From: Eledone cirrhosa
Taxonomy: Eukaryota
NCBI GenBank assembly: GCA_964016885.1
Contig: OZ024747.1
Span: 33,728,001-33,792,000, forward strand
Direction of reading: 5' to 3'
Length of the DNA stretch: 64,000 bases
Every line of letters starts with the position of its first letter. The first letter of the stretch is position 1. A program made the position numbers and the translations under genes. Under the pieces are notes generated by a model that was not told the DNA's origin, searched no databases, and worked only from the letters and a program-made list of their open reading frames with translations. Shown here piece by piece: positions 10,745 through 23,939 of this stretch.

Positions 10745-11740
10745 TCATCATCATCATTCTTACGTCTGTTTTTCCATGCTTGCATGGGTGGGACAGGTCC
10801 TTCTCAGCATATCATCTCTCCACTAGTCACATTCTTTTGTTATCTCCTCTGCCAGTCTTAGAAATTTGAGGTTAGCTCTCCCAACCTCTGCTCAGGTCTT
10901 TCTTAATCGTCCTCTACTGTGGATTCCTTTCACCAGGATTTTCTGACATTTTTTCACTTATCGGTCATTCCCCACATGCATCACATGTCTATACCAATGC
11001 ATTCTTCTCTTTTACACACCACCTCTGATTCCTCTTAAACCCTGCTTCTCCCTCAGCTTGCCCAAGCTTTGCTTTTCTCTTGTTGGATGTGGACATTGCA
11101 TATCCACATCCAACAAATCAGTATTGCTTCATTTCTCTCCAATCTATATGTTTCACTACCATGTAGCATCACACTTTGCACACAGGCAACATACAACAGT
11201 CCTTTTGTTTGTTGGGATAAACCTTTTGTTGTCAACAGTGGGAGTAGTTCTCTAAACTTCTACCTTATCCTTATTCTAGCTATTATGTTCTCCTGCACAC
11301 CCTCCTCCACTGCTATCTAGATAGCAGAAGCTATCAACCACATCTGTGGTTCCTTCCTGTGAGTGGAAAAGATTTATATCATTAGCAGTCTTCCTCTTGA
11401 TTTTTCTTGTGCATCTTCTACATGCAAAGTTGTCCCTTCCTGTAAGTCTACTTGTTATCCCACTAAATATTTTGTATACCCAAGATTTACAATGTGTGCA
11501 TTGTATGGAGTTTAAGCCTACTCTTTTTTTACATATTGAGCAGGGCCACTTCCCTGAAGAAATCTGGGTCCTTTCTTCTTCCCTACTCTCTGGCACTTTA
11601 ATTTTGGCTATGTTTGCTCTCAGACCTTTTGATTCCAAATTTAGTTTCCATAATCAGAATTTATTTTCTAGTTTTTTTGTTTTGTTTTGTTTCAGCTGTA
11701 AGGACCAAATCATCTGCATAGAGAAGTTCCCATAACTCCT
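10745..11740 (-). mobile_element. 5'-truncated RTE-like LINE, family A, with (GAT)n tail
   Basis: ORFs 11276..11638 (GKWPCSIC...VDSFCYL) and 11053..11235 (MLHGSETY); catcatcat tail. Confidence 0.9.
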
Positions 11741-13319
11741 GTTATGTGTGTCTTCTTGAAATTTGTATTTGGTTAAATTCCTGATCATATGCAGTTGTTA
11801 TACATATTGTGTTTTGTGCAAATAATTGTTAATCAACTGTTTCTGATTAACCTATTGTCTACATATGCAAGTATCATTAACAAATTTATAGAAATGAATG
11901 TAGAAATAAAAAAAATGGATTTAATTTGATGTTCATTTATATAAATTATTAGGGCCATGGTTAAAAATACAGTGCTCGACAGGGGCGCAGTTTCATTGCT
12001 TGCCATAGGTACTATTTTCCCTAGACAGCTTTTTCCTTGCTTCATGATATAGTTTATATTTGAGTGTTACATATTGGAAACACAGATTGAAAGAGATAAG
12101 TGTTAGATTCAAACTATTGGAGTCTAACACTTTTTCGAGTATTTAGATATCTTGCAAGTGTAAAATTTTCCATAATTAATACAAATTTAGATTTAATTTG
12201 AAGAAAATGTCAGAAGAGAAGAAATAAAACACATTTGTAAGTAATTCGTTTCATAATTAATTAAACTCACTGACCTTCTAAATTTTCTCTTGCATAGAAT
12301 ACAAACAAGTCGTCTTCAAAGAATTGTCCAGCAGTATCGTTTTATGCTTTGCATATCATCTTAATGAGTGTGTATTTAGTGGCAAGTTGTCTATTTGTTT
12401 CTTCACAAGGTTGTTGATTTAAACTTTTGTTTGATAATAAAATAAATAATATACTTTACTTTAATATTTAATTTTAACCTCTCCCACCCACTCCCCAAAC
12501 CCACATTGATAACGAAAAATTTCAAGATTTCACTCTAGAGGAGATTAAAGAATCAAAGTAAAAAAAATTGATTCTTATTTAAATTATTTTGATTAATTAA
12601 TGATCAAATTCTGTGGACAATTTCAAAGAAATGAAAAAATAAAGCAATGACACATTTAAAGAAATGATTTAGAATGAATCAATAAGAAATAAATACTTTA
12701 AAGCAGAGCAATCAATCTTGGATGCTGTAAACACAATCTTTAGAACACAGTATTATCAAATGTTTGATGGTAATATATTTTGTTAGATGAAACTAAAAGA
12801 ATATTACTGTGTATATTGTAAAATGCAGTAAAGATATAACTAGTTTGCATATGGACCTAGAATTGATAACTATTAAGAGAATAAAATTATTGGTTGATTT
12901 TTATTGCTGCTTTCATTTGAAATAAACTTCTATTTCTAAAAAATGAGAAATGGAATGCTAATATTATATTTAAAATTTGTTTTTTTCACAGGAACCAATA
13001 TTTCATGGACAAATTATTTGATCTTGATAAAGGATATCCTGTAATTTAAGAAATATAGAAAAGATCAAGAGTGTTCCCATTATTATTAATAGCTTACTTT
13101 GTTTTAATATAATTTTCATTATTGAATATGGAAAATCACAAACAGAAACAAAAATTGAAATAAATAAAAATGAATCATAAAATTCTATGAAAGAAACAAA
13201 AAGGAAAAAAAAGCGAAATTTCTTAAAAATATTTTGTCTTCAAAGAACTTAAATCTGTTAAATGTAATATATTGATACCTTTCTGACTAAGCAGCATGCC
13301 AATTTTTGTGAAAGGTTAT

Positions 13320-13750
13320 ATTTTATTGTATTGAGTTTATTACTGGTACTTCAACAATACCTTCTTGAAAAAATTAAAAAGACCACTCCTATCTTTACAC
13401 GAAGATGAGTGATATCAACCCAACATGTCAGGAAGTATTTACAGGTAGAGAACATGCAGCAAATAGAGGCATGTTATGAAGGCAGGAATGCTGAGAAACG
13501 AACAAAGGAAAGTGAACTGAAGAGAGAAGAAACAGCAGAAACTAAAATTAGAACCACCACAGACAACTACAACTCTTACATGTAAAAACTTTTTAAATTG
13601 TCCCACTGCAGCATTGAGCTATGCAGTTGTAACAGTTCTGGTCATCTTATTCATTCAGTCTCATGACTATGGGATACAAATTGTCCTAAGCCAGGTTGAG
13701 AACAGAAGAAGGTTGGGCATAAGGATGGTATCCCTACTCTGTAAAAAGAC
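13320..13750 (+). mobile_element. Highly degraded RTE/BovB-like LINE 3' remnant
   Basis: Lys/Arg-rich stretch followed by a TTLTCK...HCSIELCS-like relic of the C-terminal zinc finger. Confidence 0.4.
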
Positions 13751-14399
13751 TCATTTACCATATAAACCACTACAAATTTTCCACTTTCGATGAGGGTTGC
13801 TACAGCTTAAATCCTGACTAACCAATGGCATACATTCTAATGTCTCTTGAGACAGATGGATGTCAATCACAATCTAAAGAAGTTTCTTTTTTTACTCATT
13901 TATGATAGCTTATCTGACTTTAATAGAAAGTGCTCCTAGTCCAAGTGGCATCCATGGAACTTGCCATACCTTAGTTATGACTCTGTATATAAGTAATGTA
14001 TCCCAAATAGCAGCCACATCTGTCAGTTAATAACTATCCATTTTTAAAATGCTGGCTACTAATCTAAGTTTGTATGGTTATTAGGGAGATAGGGTTGTGT
14101 TGTCACATGATCAAAGAGGTAAAAATGTAGAATACGATTGATATATTTATATGAAGAGGAATGGATTGTTATATGAACAGAATGGGTATACACAGGATAT
14201 TGAAATGTGGTTATGTGACTGTGGTATATTGTTATCTAGATGCATCTATGCATGGTCCCATAATTCTTGAAGGAGTCGTAGGAGGACCATGTTGAAATGC
14301 AGCGTTTTTAGTGCATTTTAAAACCTTTCCAGGTCTAAATACAGTATATTTCTTCCAGAGAAAGATAGTGAGTGAGAGGATGGAGGTTAGAAAGAGAAG

Positions 14400-14555
14400 A
14401 AGAATCGACTCCAGTACTTGACTGGTACTTTTTTTTATCTACCTTGATTGGATGGAAGGTAAAGTTGACCTCGGTAGGATTTGAATAGAGAGCAGAAAGC
14501 TGAAATGAATACTGCAAAGCATTTGACATTCTGATGACTGCCAATTCACTGCCTT
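14400..14555 (-). mobile_element. Diverged SINE family 1 copy
   Basis: Reverse complement of the B box and core (ggtacttt...aaagttgacctcggtaggatttgaa). Confidence 0.75.
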
Positions 14556-15556
14556 GGTTTTCTAGACACACTCATATAAATGGGAATGTATTGTTATGTA
14601 ATCAGATTGAGTATACAAAGGATATTAAATGGTGGTTGTGTGATTGAAGTAGATGTGTATGTGATGGTGTGATTTAATGATATAAATTGATAGTAATTGG
14701 TTAGATATGTTGAGAAAGCTGTCTTAAAATTTAAAAGGTTTATTGGATAGTATACTTGAAATTTGAATTCACATACCTGGATATCTGAAATGACAATACT
14801 GAGTTTAACTACCTTCTGGAAATATATACTTTTAAAGATGAGAAAGGAATTGATCATCATGATTAGATAAGCATCCTGTTGATTGTGATAACCTAATGAC
14901 AGAAGGACATTTTAGAAATAGAAATAAGATGAAACGAAAGGCAGGAAGTATAGATTTGATCACTGAAGTAATTTATCACATTTGTATGAATTCTAAGAAT
15001 GTGGTAAATAAATGCTAAAATACAGGCACAGCTCCACAGAAATATTGTTTCTAATGTATATAACATTGAAAGAGGAAGATGTCCAATCACATCATATATC
15101 TTCTCCCTTTACATGAGCACATGACCAACCATCTGTATTATCTCTCTATTTAATAACATTGAACTCAATAAACCAAAGAAATGACCTCACCACAGACACT
15201 ATGTGTTAGATGACACAGCATATTTATTTTTTGCTGTCTGAAACAAAAAAAAAGGAAGACATTAGATAATGCATATTTAATGAAAAGAAAGTGATCCCTG
15301 ATAGATTGTCTTTGATCCTAATGTTGCTTGACTGAGGCTGAACTAGAGTTAAACAATGAAATTTCACTATTTGATCTATTAGAAATAACTATCAAATTTC
15401 CTTCAAATCACATTCTAAGACACAAAAGATACTGTAGTCATAGACACACAGTAAGGTAAATAAGCTCTAGCTTGGGGGCTTCATTTTCTAAAATCTTTTT
15501 TTTTTATTTTATCATTAGTTTTTATTCTTTATAGCACTAAATCATTATTTATATAT

Positions 15557-15746
15557 GGCGGTGGATTGGCAGCATCGGTGGAGAGTCGGACACCATGCTT
15601 TCCAGCATAGTTACGTCCCTTTACGATCTGAGTTCAAATCCCGCTGAGGATGACTTTGCCTTTCATCCTTACAGGGTCGATAAAATAAAGTACCAGTAAT
15701 ACACTGGAATAATTGCTTGCCTTGTGCCTAAAGTAGAAACAATTAT
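15557..15746 (+). mobile_element. SINE family 1, full length
   Basis: ggcggtggattggcagcatcgg...gagttcaaatccc...gtagaaacaattat. Confidence 0.92.
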
Positions 15747-15916
15747 TTATATATGTATATAATTTTTGATGATATATATATATTGTTTATCATTAACATT
15801 AATAAAAAAAAATAATCATGTATAATTATTTAAACAATTTTTACCCAAATTCTTAGAGAATGGCCTCAAATTGCATATAGCTTTGGAATTCAGCACGTGA
15901 AAATCTGGTCCTGGCT

Positions 15917-17450
15917 ATCATCATCCACTTTTCCCTGCTTGCAAGGGTGGGATGGGTCTTATTCAGCACAGCATCTCTCCACTTGTCACGGTCCTTCGTC
16001 ATCTCCACAGTGAGCTTCAGCAATCTGAGGTCTGTTCTCACCACTTCCGCCCAGGTTTTTTGTGGTCTACCTCTACTACATCTTCCTTCAACTGGCATTT
16101 CCTGGCACTTCTTCACCCATCGGTCATTCTCCACGCACATCACATATCCATACCATCGCAGTCTCCTCTCGCGCACACTACATTCTATCCCTCTCAGACA
16201 CAGTTTCTATCTCAACACATCCATGCTGCATCGTTCACGCACATTGACATTGCACATACAATGGAGCATACTTGCCTCATTTCTCTCCAGCCGTCGCATT
16301 TCCTCTAAAGTTGCTGCCCAAGTCTCACTACCATGCAGCATCGCGCTCCTCACACAGGCATCATATAACTGGCCTTTCGTACGCAGGGAGAAACACGTCT
16401 TTGTCAGCAGAAGAAGCAGTTCCCTAAACTTCTTCCAACCCGTCCTTATTCTAGATACTATGGCCTTGGAACAGCCCCCTCCCTTGCTAATCTGATCTCC
16501 TAGGTACCGGAAGCTATCCACCACTTCTATAGCACCCGCCTGCATTTGAAAAATGAGACTATCAATGTGACTTCTACTGTCTAATTTCCCTGTATATCTA
16601 CTGCATACGTATTTCTCCCTATCTGTTAGTTTGCCTGATATTCCACTACATCTCTTGTGTACCCAGGATCTGCATTGTGTGCATTTTATAGAATTTATCC
16701 CAGTTCATTTTCTGCATATCAAGCATGGCCATTTCCCTGATGGAATCAGAGTTTTGTCCTCTTTTCTACTCCTCAACACTTTTGTCTTAGCTAGTTTCGC
16801 TCTCAGCCCTCTTGCTTCCAACTGCTGTTTCCATAGCCAGAATTTATTCTCTAGCTCCTCTACTGATTCTGCTATAATTACTGAGGGTAATTTCTCTCTC
16901 CCCATTCATTCTCCACATTCATCAGTCTCTCATAATGACATTTCTAGGCCTCCTTTTGTGATCATTCATGACACTATGTACACCGGCATCATTCCGGACA
17001 CACTTATCTCCAACAGCATCCTGATTTGCATTGACACACTACCTTGCAATGTGGAACACTGCACACCTCTGCTCTTCCCGTCGCAGAACATTGGCAAACC
17101 TCCTACTCCCAGCCTCTCTGCATACTAAGTACACCCGACGTCTAGCTTCTCTCTTAGTGGATGTATATCCTTCTCTATTCTCACCCTTTTTCCAAACCTT
17201 CCATGCTAGTCTTTTGTCTCTAATGGCCCTATCTACTGTGCTGTTCCACCACCAGGTCACTCTCTGTCTGGTTGGAGCTCTGCTCCAGCCACAATTTTCA
17301 TCAGTAGCCTGCAGTAAGTTGTCACGTAAGAAATTCCAGTTATCATCTATGTCATACAACTATAAATTGTCTTCTTTTTCGTCATACACATGTTGAAGAG
17401 CTTTGCTAAATTTATATTTTAGTGAAAGGTCTTTTAGCTTCCAGACCTTT
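15917..17450 (-). mobile_element. RTE-like LINE, family A, with internal deletion of the RT core
   Basis: Linker ORF 17039..17359 joins directly (~16885) to the post-YADD sequence IIAESVEELE; then PHD-like insert, VDSFRYLG, WKKFRELL and RGRPQKTW. Confidence 0.88.
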
Positions 17451-17465
17451 CAAAAATTCTAAAGT

Positions 17466-17750
17466 GTAAAGTTTGTCTCAAGCCTGGAGGCACTTCAAGC
17501 CAGTGCTTATCCTGGTTTCCATGGTATGAAGCAACTGAGAGTACAAAACTACCTCTAGACAAGACACCAGTCCATCACAGGGTTAACCTCCCCAGCTACT
17601 GCTGGTACTCATTTTCAGCTTTATTTCACAGGAGCAATGTGAAATAAAGTGTTTTGCTCCAGAACATCACAAAACCCAGTCAAGTATCAAAACCATGGCA
17701 TTATGATTGTAAGTTCAACACCCTTATCACTAGGCCACAATCCTCCTACA
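17466..17750 (-). mobile_element. tRNA-derived SINE family 2 (CORE-like)
   Basis: Reverse complement of 29057-29330 (gcaaaacactt..tttcacattgctcc, cagctgaaaatgagtacc). Confidence 0.75.
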
Positions 17751-18439
17751 CTTACTCAATGAAGGGTAATTTGAGGCTAAGTAACAACAACAATAACATG
17801 GCTAATATTGCTTTTTTTCTATTTATTCTTATTATGTGATGTCCCCCTTACAATAATAACATTTATAAATCCACTTCGCCTCATTCAGGAGAGAATAATT
17901 ACTTATCTCTGAGGTTTATTTAACCTTCAGATTCTCATATAATAGACAATTATAATGATGACGATGATGATGGTTATGATGGTTGTGGTGGCGAAGATAC
18001 AAACACGACCCAGTAGAAAACCCTTTGTAGCCAATCAACTGGAGGTTTGCTGAGTTCTGTTGCTAGTATATCAAGTGAGGTGGAATTTGTCAAATTGGAC
18101 CAAGGAAACCATGTTTCTATTGATCTTTCCAATTGCTGATATTATCTTCCAGCTGCAACTCCTGGCACAAAAAGTAACATGAAATAATGTCTTGCTCAAG
18201 GACGTAAGTTGTAGGTGGTATAAAGTACATCCATTTATTATGCTGAAAAGAAATTTTCAAATCATATAAACACGATATGTTTATATAAACATGATATATC
18301 ACAGAGGCATTGGAGAGAAAGGGGAGGCTTTGAGGCTGTATATTTTCTTCCCCACATGCTGAGTTCTTGTTTAGGTCAACATTATTTCTACAATCAGTGC
18401 ATTTAAAACATATATACCAGTCATATATGTTGAATATAC

Positions 18440-18622
18440 ACTACACACTACCTCCAACGTCAAAAACAACACCTCCACCCATTCCCAATGCAATGTGGTC
18501 ATATAGATGTCATGGCGAAATGCATGCAGTACACACAGTAAGTGTGGTTGGTGTTAAGAAGGGCAGCTAGCCATAGAAGACACACTAGCATGAAAAATGG
18601 ACGTTAAATGGTGATGATTATG
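18440..18622 (+). mobile_element. LINE family A 3' UTR fragment
   Basis: gtggttggtgttaagaagggcagc...ggacgttaaatggtgatgat. Confidence 0.7.
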
Positions 18623-19679
18623 ATTACCTACAGAAATTGTTTCTGTTTACCTATAAGCTAAAACTAAAATCAATAAAAAGCTAAGCTAAGATTGATCAGT
18701 CCATCATAAACAATAACATGTGTTACTAATATTTTAAGATAAACCTGAAAGTTTAGACTAACAGACATTGTAAATGTTACTTATTGCCCCAACAGTGACA
18801 TTTATTAAATAAACTTGGGACATAAGATTTATTAGTCTAACAGTATAATATATACACACATATATACATACATATATGCACACAGGCACATATATATGTA
18901 TATCAAATCATTGCAATAAAATATTTTAAAAATGAAAGAAAAAAGATTTGGCTATAAAGTTATGGTTTTAGCTATTCTTGGCTTGTTTCTACATAGGACA
19001 TATACATATATATGTGTGTGTGTGTGTGCATGTATGTATGTGTGTATGTGTGTGTGTGTGTGTATACATTGTCAGGCGGTCAAACATATGTAAGTATTAT
19101 TATTATTATCATTAATTTTTACATTTGTAATCTAACACAGGAAAGAAAGAAATGGTGAATTGGAGAGAAATTGTGGCCAGTATTATACAATTACTTAGAA
19201 GACATATTTTTGAAACTAGTTCAGAAAATGGCCAAATGAGGTGGGAACACTCAAAAACACTCAAATCTAAATCTAATAGATAAGGAAATAAATGAATTAT
19301 ACACCATTTTGTTTTCTGAGACAAGAATCAATACTTTACAGAGGAAGTTTTTATTATGATGAAAGATATCTTGCAATTTGGGAGGAGTGAAAATGAACAT
19401 AATTCAACATTTTTCTGAAGACTTTAACAGCAGCTTTTTGGATAAGATAAACAATAGTTTACAACAATGATATATTGGAAGACAATGAATTATAACTAGG
19501 TAGAGGAAATTGGAATGAAAAGAAGATTCTACTTAAGGGTTATTTTTCTTACTTGCTTTCTTTTTCCAGTTCACTACCCTTTTGAGCTCATGTCCCCTCA
19601 CATTTATTTTCTTAAACATAATTTTCATGCATCGGAACATTTTTCATTCTTTATTCTTTTCATTATTCTCACACTGTAG

Positions 19680-20030
19680 AGCAGTCGATTGGATTGACAG
19701 TATAGGTAGAATGTCAGACAACATGCTCTGTGGCAGGTTAATGGCAATTTATGTTCTGAGTTCGAATTCTGCTGTGGTTAGCTTTGACTTTTATCCTTAC
19801 GGGTTCGATAAAATAAAATACCAGTAATGTACTGTTGTACCGGGTCGATTTAATCGAGTTTCCCCTCCTCCCAATTGGCATTAGATTGGTAAAATGGCTA
19901 GAGCATTGGACAAAATGGCTCTTCAGTTATGACCTTTTATGTCCTGAGTTCAAATCCCACCAAAGTTAACTTTGCCTTTTATCCTTTTGCGGTTAATAAA
20001 AAAAGTACTAGTCTAGTACTGGGGTCGATT
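19680..20030 (+). mobile_element. Two tandem diverged SINE family 1 copies
   Basis: B box and core seen twice (~19755-19830 and ~19940-20015). Confidence 0.8.
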
Positions 20031-20409
20031 CTTCTTCTATATCTCTTTCTCACTTCCATTCTCTTACACTCTATTCTTCTCTGGAAGAAATCTACTGTAT
20101 TCAGACAGAGAGACAGGCTCTGCCAGGTTTAAAATGCCCTAGAAACGCCACTACAGTACCTGTATGTCTCTATCGGGAGTTACAGGACCATACATGCACT
20201 GCTAATTAAGCTGTTGTTGTTTTTAATGTTCTTTAGCGCCAGGAAAACCTCATCAAACAGACATGACCAAAGGTGTACCATCTAATCTTTTTACCATGTA
20301 GAGCATTTCTAGAACTACATTGTCCAATGTTTATCATCAAATTCATGGCCAGCCATATCATAATACACAGAAGAGATGGTTAAGTATTATTTATATTATT
20401 TGTTATAGG

Positions 20410-20945
20410 TTGGGGTGGTGGAGTGACAGTATCAGTAAAGCATGCTTTACAGCATATAGTTATGTCTCTTTATGTTCTGAGTTCAAATCCTGCCAAAGTT
20501 AGTTTTGCTTTTCATCATTGTAGTAGTGGCACTCTGTTGTTGACTATTATTCCAGTTGATACGTTCAATGGAACAGCCTGCTCATTTAATTAATGAGCCA
20601 GAAACTGAGCATTCCACAGATACATATACCCATACTATAGTTCTCAGAGATTCAGTCTGACACAGAATGTGACAAGGCTGGCCCTTTGAATCACAGGTAC
20701 AACTTCTTTTTGCCAGCCGAGTGGACTGGAGCAATGTGAAATAAAGTGTCTTGCTCAAGGAGAAATTGTGCCACCAGAAATTGAACTCATAACATTTCAA
20801 TCATGAGCCAAATACCCTAAGCACGAAGCAATGTGCCCATCAGTACAGTGTTGATAAAATAAAGTACCAGTAATGCACTGGGGTCGATTTAATCAACTTA
20901 CCCTTCCCACAAAATTGTTGGCTTGTGCCTAAATCAGAAACCAAA
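20410..20945. mobile_element. SINE family 1 (+) interrupted by a CORE-like SINE (-, ~20520-20840)
   Basis: The family 1 core breaks at gcttttcatc and resumes at gataaaataaagtacc; the insert contains gagtggactggagcaatgtgaaataaagtgtcttgctcaagg. Confidence 0.78.
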
Positions 20946-21178
20946 TAGAGAAATCAATATTCAAAAGAGATTTAACAGCTGATTCTATAACATCAAGACC
21001 ACAGAGAGGCTTCCTTACTGACTCAGATTAGTACTACTCTTTGATCAGATCCAGTTAACCTTCATTGAATGGACCAATTATCAAAGCCATTCAAGCCATG
21101 ACCATCACAACTTTTTTCAGGCTAGTATATTTAGAGTAAGATCATTATTTAATGTGTCTTTCCTGTATTTGGACTGGA

Positions 21179-21340
21179 GCATTATATTTGAAGGAGATTT
21201 AATCACCATTTTAGCAGGACAAACAATGACAAGGAATTTGCTATCATTATGGAACTAGAGAATTATATTTGAGGGAGATTTGGTTACCATTTTAGCAGGA
21301 GAAACAATGACAATGTATTTGCTGTCATTTAGGAAAAGAA
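21179..21340. repeat. Degenerate tandem duplication, ~81-bp period, inside an old dispersed repeat
   Basis: attatatttga.ggagattt...accattttagcagga.aaacaatgacaa...atttgct.tcatt occurs twice. Confidence 0.8.
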
Positions 21341-23496
21341 CTAACAACGAGTGTCTCTCCAAGGCACAAACATGGGCAGAGGGTTTTTGTGGAAGACCAA
21401 TATTCTCTATAATACAAGTCTCCCTCTTATATGACACCAATGTTGTGCAAAGGAAACACAAATATTGATGCAACTTGGTACTAGTGTTGTCACAATTCAT
21501 TTTTCTAGCTCAGTGGACTTAAGCTGTGTCAACTAAACAGCCTCGCTTAAGCACACAATGTACTGTTTGACCTGGGAATCAAACTTCTAATTTTAGGATT
21601 GTGTCCTCAGCACTTTAAGCCATGCGGTTTCATTGCTATCATTTCCAATAATGATATATATATTTCCTTTGTATTTGGTGGACTGGGCATTTAAGAGACT
21701 CTTGATCATGGACACAATGCAAAAGTTCTGATAAGGTAAGAATTACTAATCTTTTTGTCAGCTCTCCGCCAACCAACTTGTTTGTTATGTTTTTGAGCAG
21801 TAGGTCAACCCTGATTGAACAGATCTTTATTTAATGGTTTTCTTGCCATAATTATCTCATCATTTTGAATATCAGAGTCATTGTCAATCTATTTGAAATG
21901 AGTAAAACTAGCTATCAAGTTAAGCCCATCTTGAGAGGCGTGATCACCAATTAGACTGATTGAGTGATTTACCATAGACAAACACGTGTATTAAATAGCG
22001 TAAGCATAAATGAGTAGTGAGGGTGAAGGTGCAGTCATGTGACTGTGTTTTATCAGACATGCAAGTGTTTTAAGAGGTGTCTGGTATGTTCTATTATGTA
22101 GTGAGAATGGATGTGGAGGGAAGGTGGCACTTATGTGGGCATGTGATTGAATGAAGAGGATTACATGTTCAATCCTGAGCAAAATATATGTGCAGAAAAT
22201 AATTTGTATTCAGTACATCACACAGTTTCTTTTTTCTTAAGATGTAGGATGTAAATTGGGGGAGATTTTACTGAAGCAAGATTAAGAACAGCATATAGAC
22301 TATCTTATTAGTTTATATCAACATAGTCCCACTCTTAAAAAGCATTCCATTGGATTCAATGTTGATTTTTAATGTTTTGGAAACAAACCTCAGTAGGGAC
22401 CAGTTTCCAGGAGCAATGGAAAATCGTGAATTGTGTCAGAAATGTTTGACTGTGGTCACAATGATGATGATGATAAACAAATGAATTATATTTCCATATT
22501 TATCAACTCATGTTTCCATTCTCTATTGCAGCTATGATGTACAAATGAATTTTTTTTTAAACAACAAATACCTTATTTTTCAATAAAGCAGCAAATTGTA
22601 AAAATAATTTCTATTTTTTAACTATTCAGTGGAAATTCTATGAAATCTTTAACATTTCTTTTCTTTATTTAATCTGTATTCAGCTAAATTTCCATCCATC
22701 CTGACAATACAAATATTTTATTGCATAAAATATCGGTTTTAGTGGAAAGTTTTACTGGGGTACATATCATTCATATTTTGGTACACTATCTACTTTATAT
22801 TTGCATTTCTATTCTTTTACAATTATATTTTTTTCTCCATACACAGATATTGAAAATAGGAAGGATAAAAGAAATGTATTAATATTTTTGTTTTTCGACA
22901 AAAAAAAATTTAAAAAATACAAAAATCTTTATTGACTTAGATACAAGGTTTTATAATGTCTGCTGAATGCATAAATATCCACTGAAATATTATGCAATAA
23001 ACTGTGTATTAAATAACTATTCATGTTTGTATTGATACTTTCCTACATTCATATCTGATTTGTTGTAAGATAATATGAAGCAAGTTGCTCTAAATGATAT
23101 ATGAAACTCTCATAGAGATTAGCTGTATGATATATCTATAGTTTCAACAAGGCAGATTTCCTTAGCCAAATCAACATTTTTTTCTTTCACTTCTGCCTAA
23201 AATTTGATTAGTGGTTTGGACTTAATATCCTGAACTTTGCTCTTTACAGCATTTATCACAATATTTTTTTCCTGATTATCATATCCATCTGTCTTTAGGC
23301 GTGATAAAAACTGATACTAGAAAGGCTAACAATTTTATTGTAGTGGTTTCTGAAAAGTATTAACAGAGAAATGTTGTTGGAATAGATATTTCCTAGCCAT
23401 CAATTGTATTCTTCTTACAGAGTGTCCAGTCTCAAAATATTCTTTTACTACATATTCTAATCTTGTTTCCATTGTTATTATTTATTATTATTGCGC

Positions 23497-23905
23497 TGGA
23501 GTTGATTTAATCAACTAACCCTTCCCTCTAAACTACTGACCTTGGGCCTACATTAGAAATAATAATTACTATTTAGGGAGGAGAAAGGAAGTGGATTGGC
23601 AGTATCAGTGGAACATTAACCAACATGGTGTGGCATATAGTTACATTCCTTTACATTCTGAGTTCAAATCACACTGAGGTTAGATTTGCCTTTCGTCCTC
23701 AATAAAATAAAGTACCAGTTACAAACTGGGGTAGATTTAATCAACTTTCTCCTCTGCCAAAATTGTTGGCCATGTGCCTAAATCCAAAACCATTATTTAG
23801 GGTGGTGGATTGATAGAATCCTTATAGGGTTGGACAAAATGTCATGAAGTATATAGTTACAGATTTTTATTTCAGAGTTTAAAATACTCCATGGTTGATT
23901 TTACC
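23497..23905 (+). mobile_element. Three head-to-tail SINE family 1 pieces
   Basis: A 3' fragment, a full copy (23590-23797) and a 5' fragment. Confidence 0.78.
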
Positions 23906-23939
23906 TCATACAATGTTGATGAAATAAAATATTAGTACA

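Noticed and set aside
11968-12025. snRNA-like motif repeated at 26145-26195
   Set aside because: Does not match U1/U2/U6 as I recall them; fits a hAT MITE terminus better.
15947-16495. Long plus-strand ORFs (also 7237, 16631, 53682, 54825, 62339)
   Set aside because: Antisense shadows of minus-strand LINE coding sequence.
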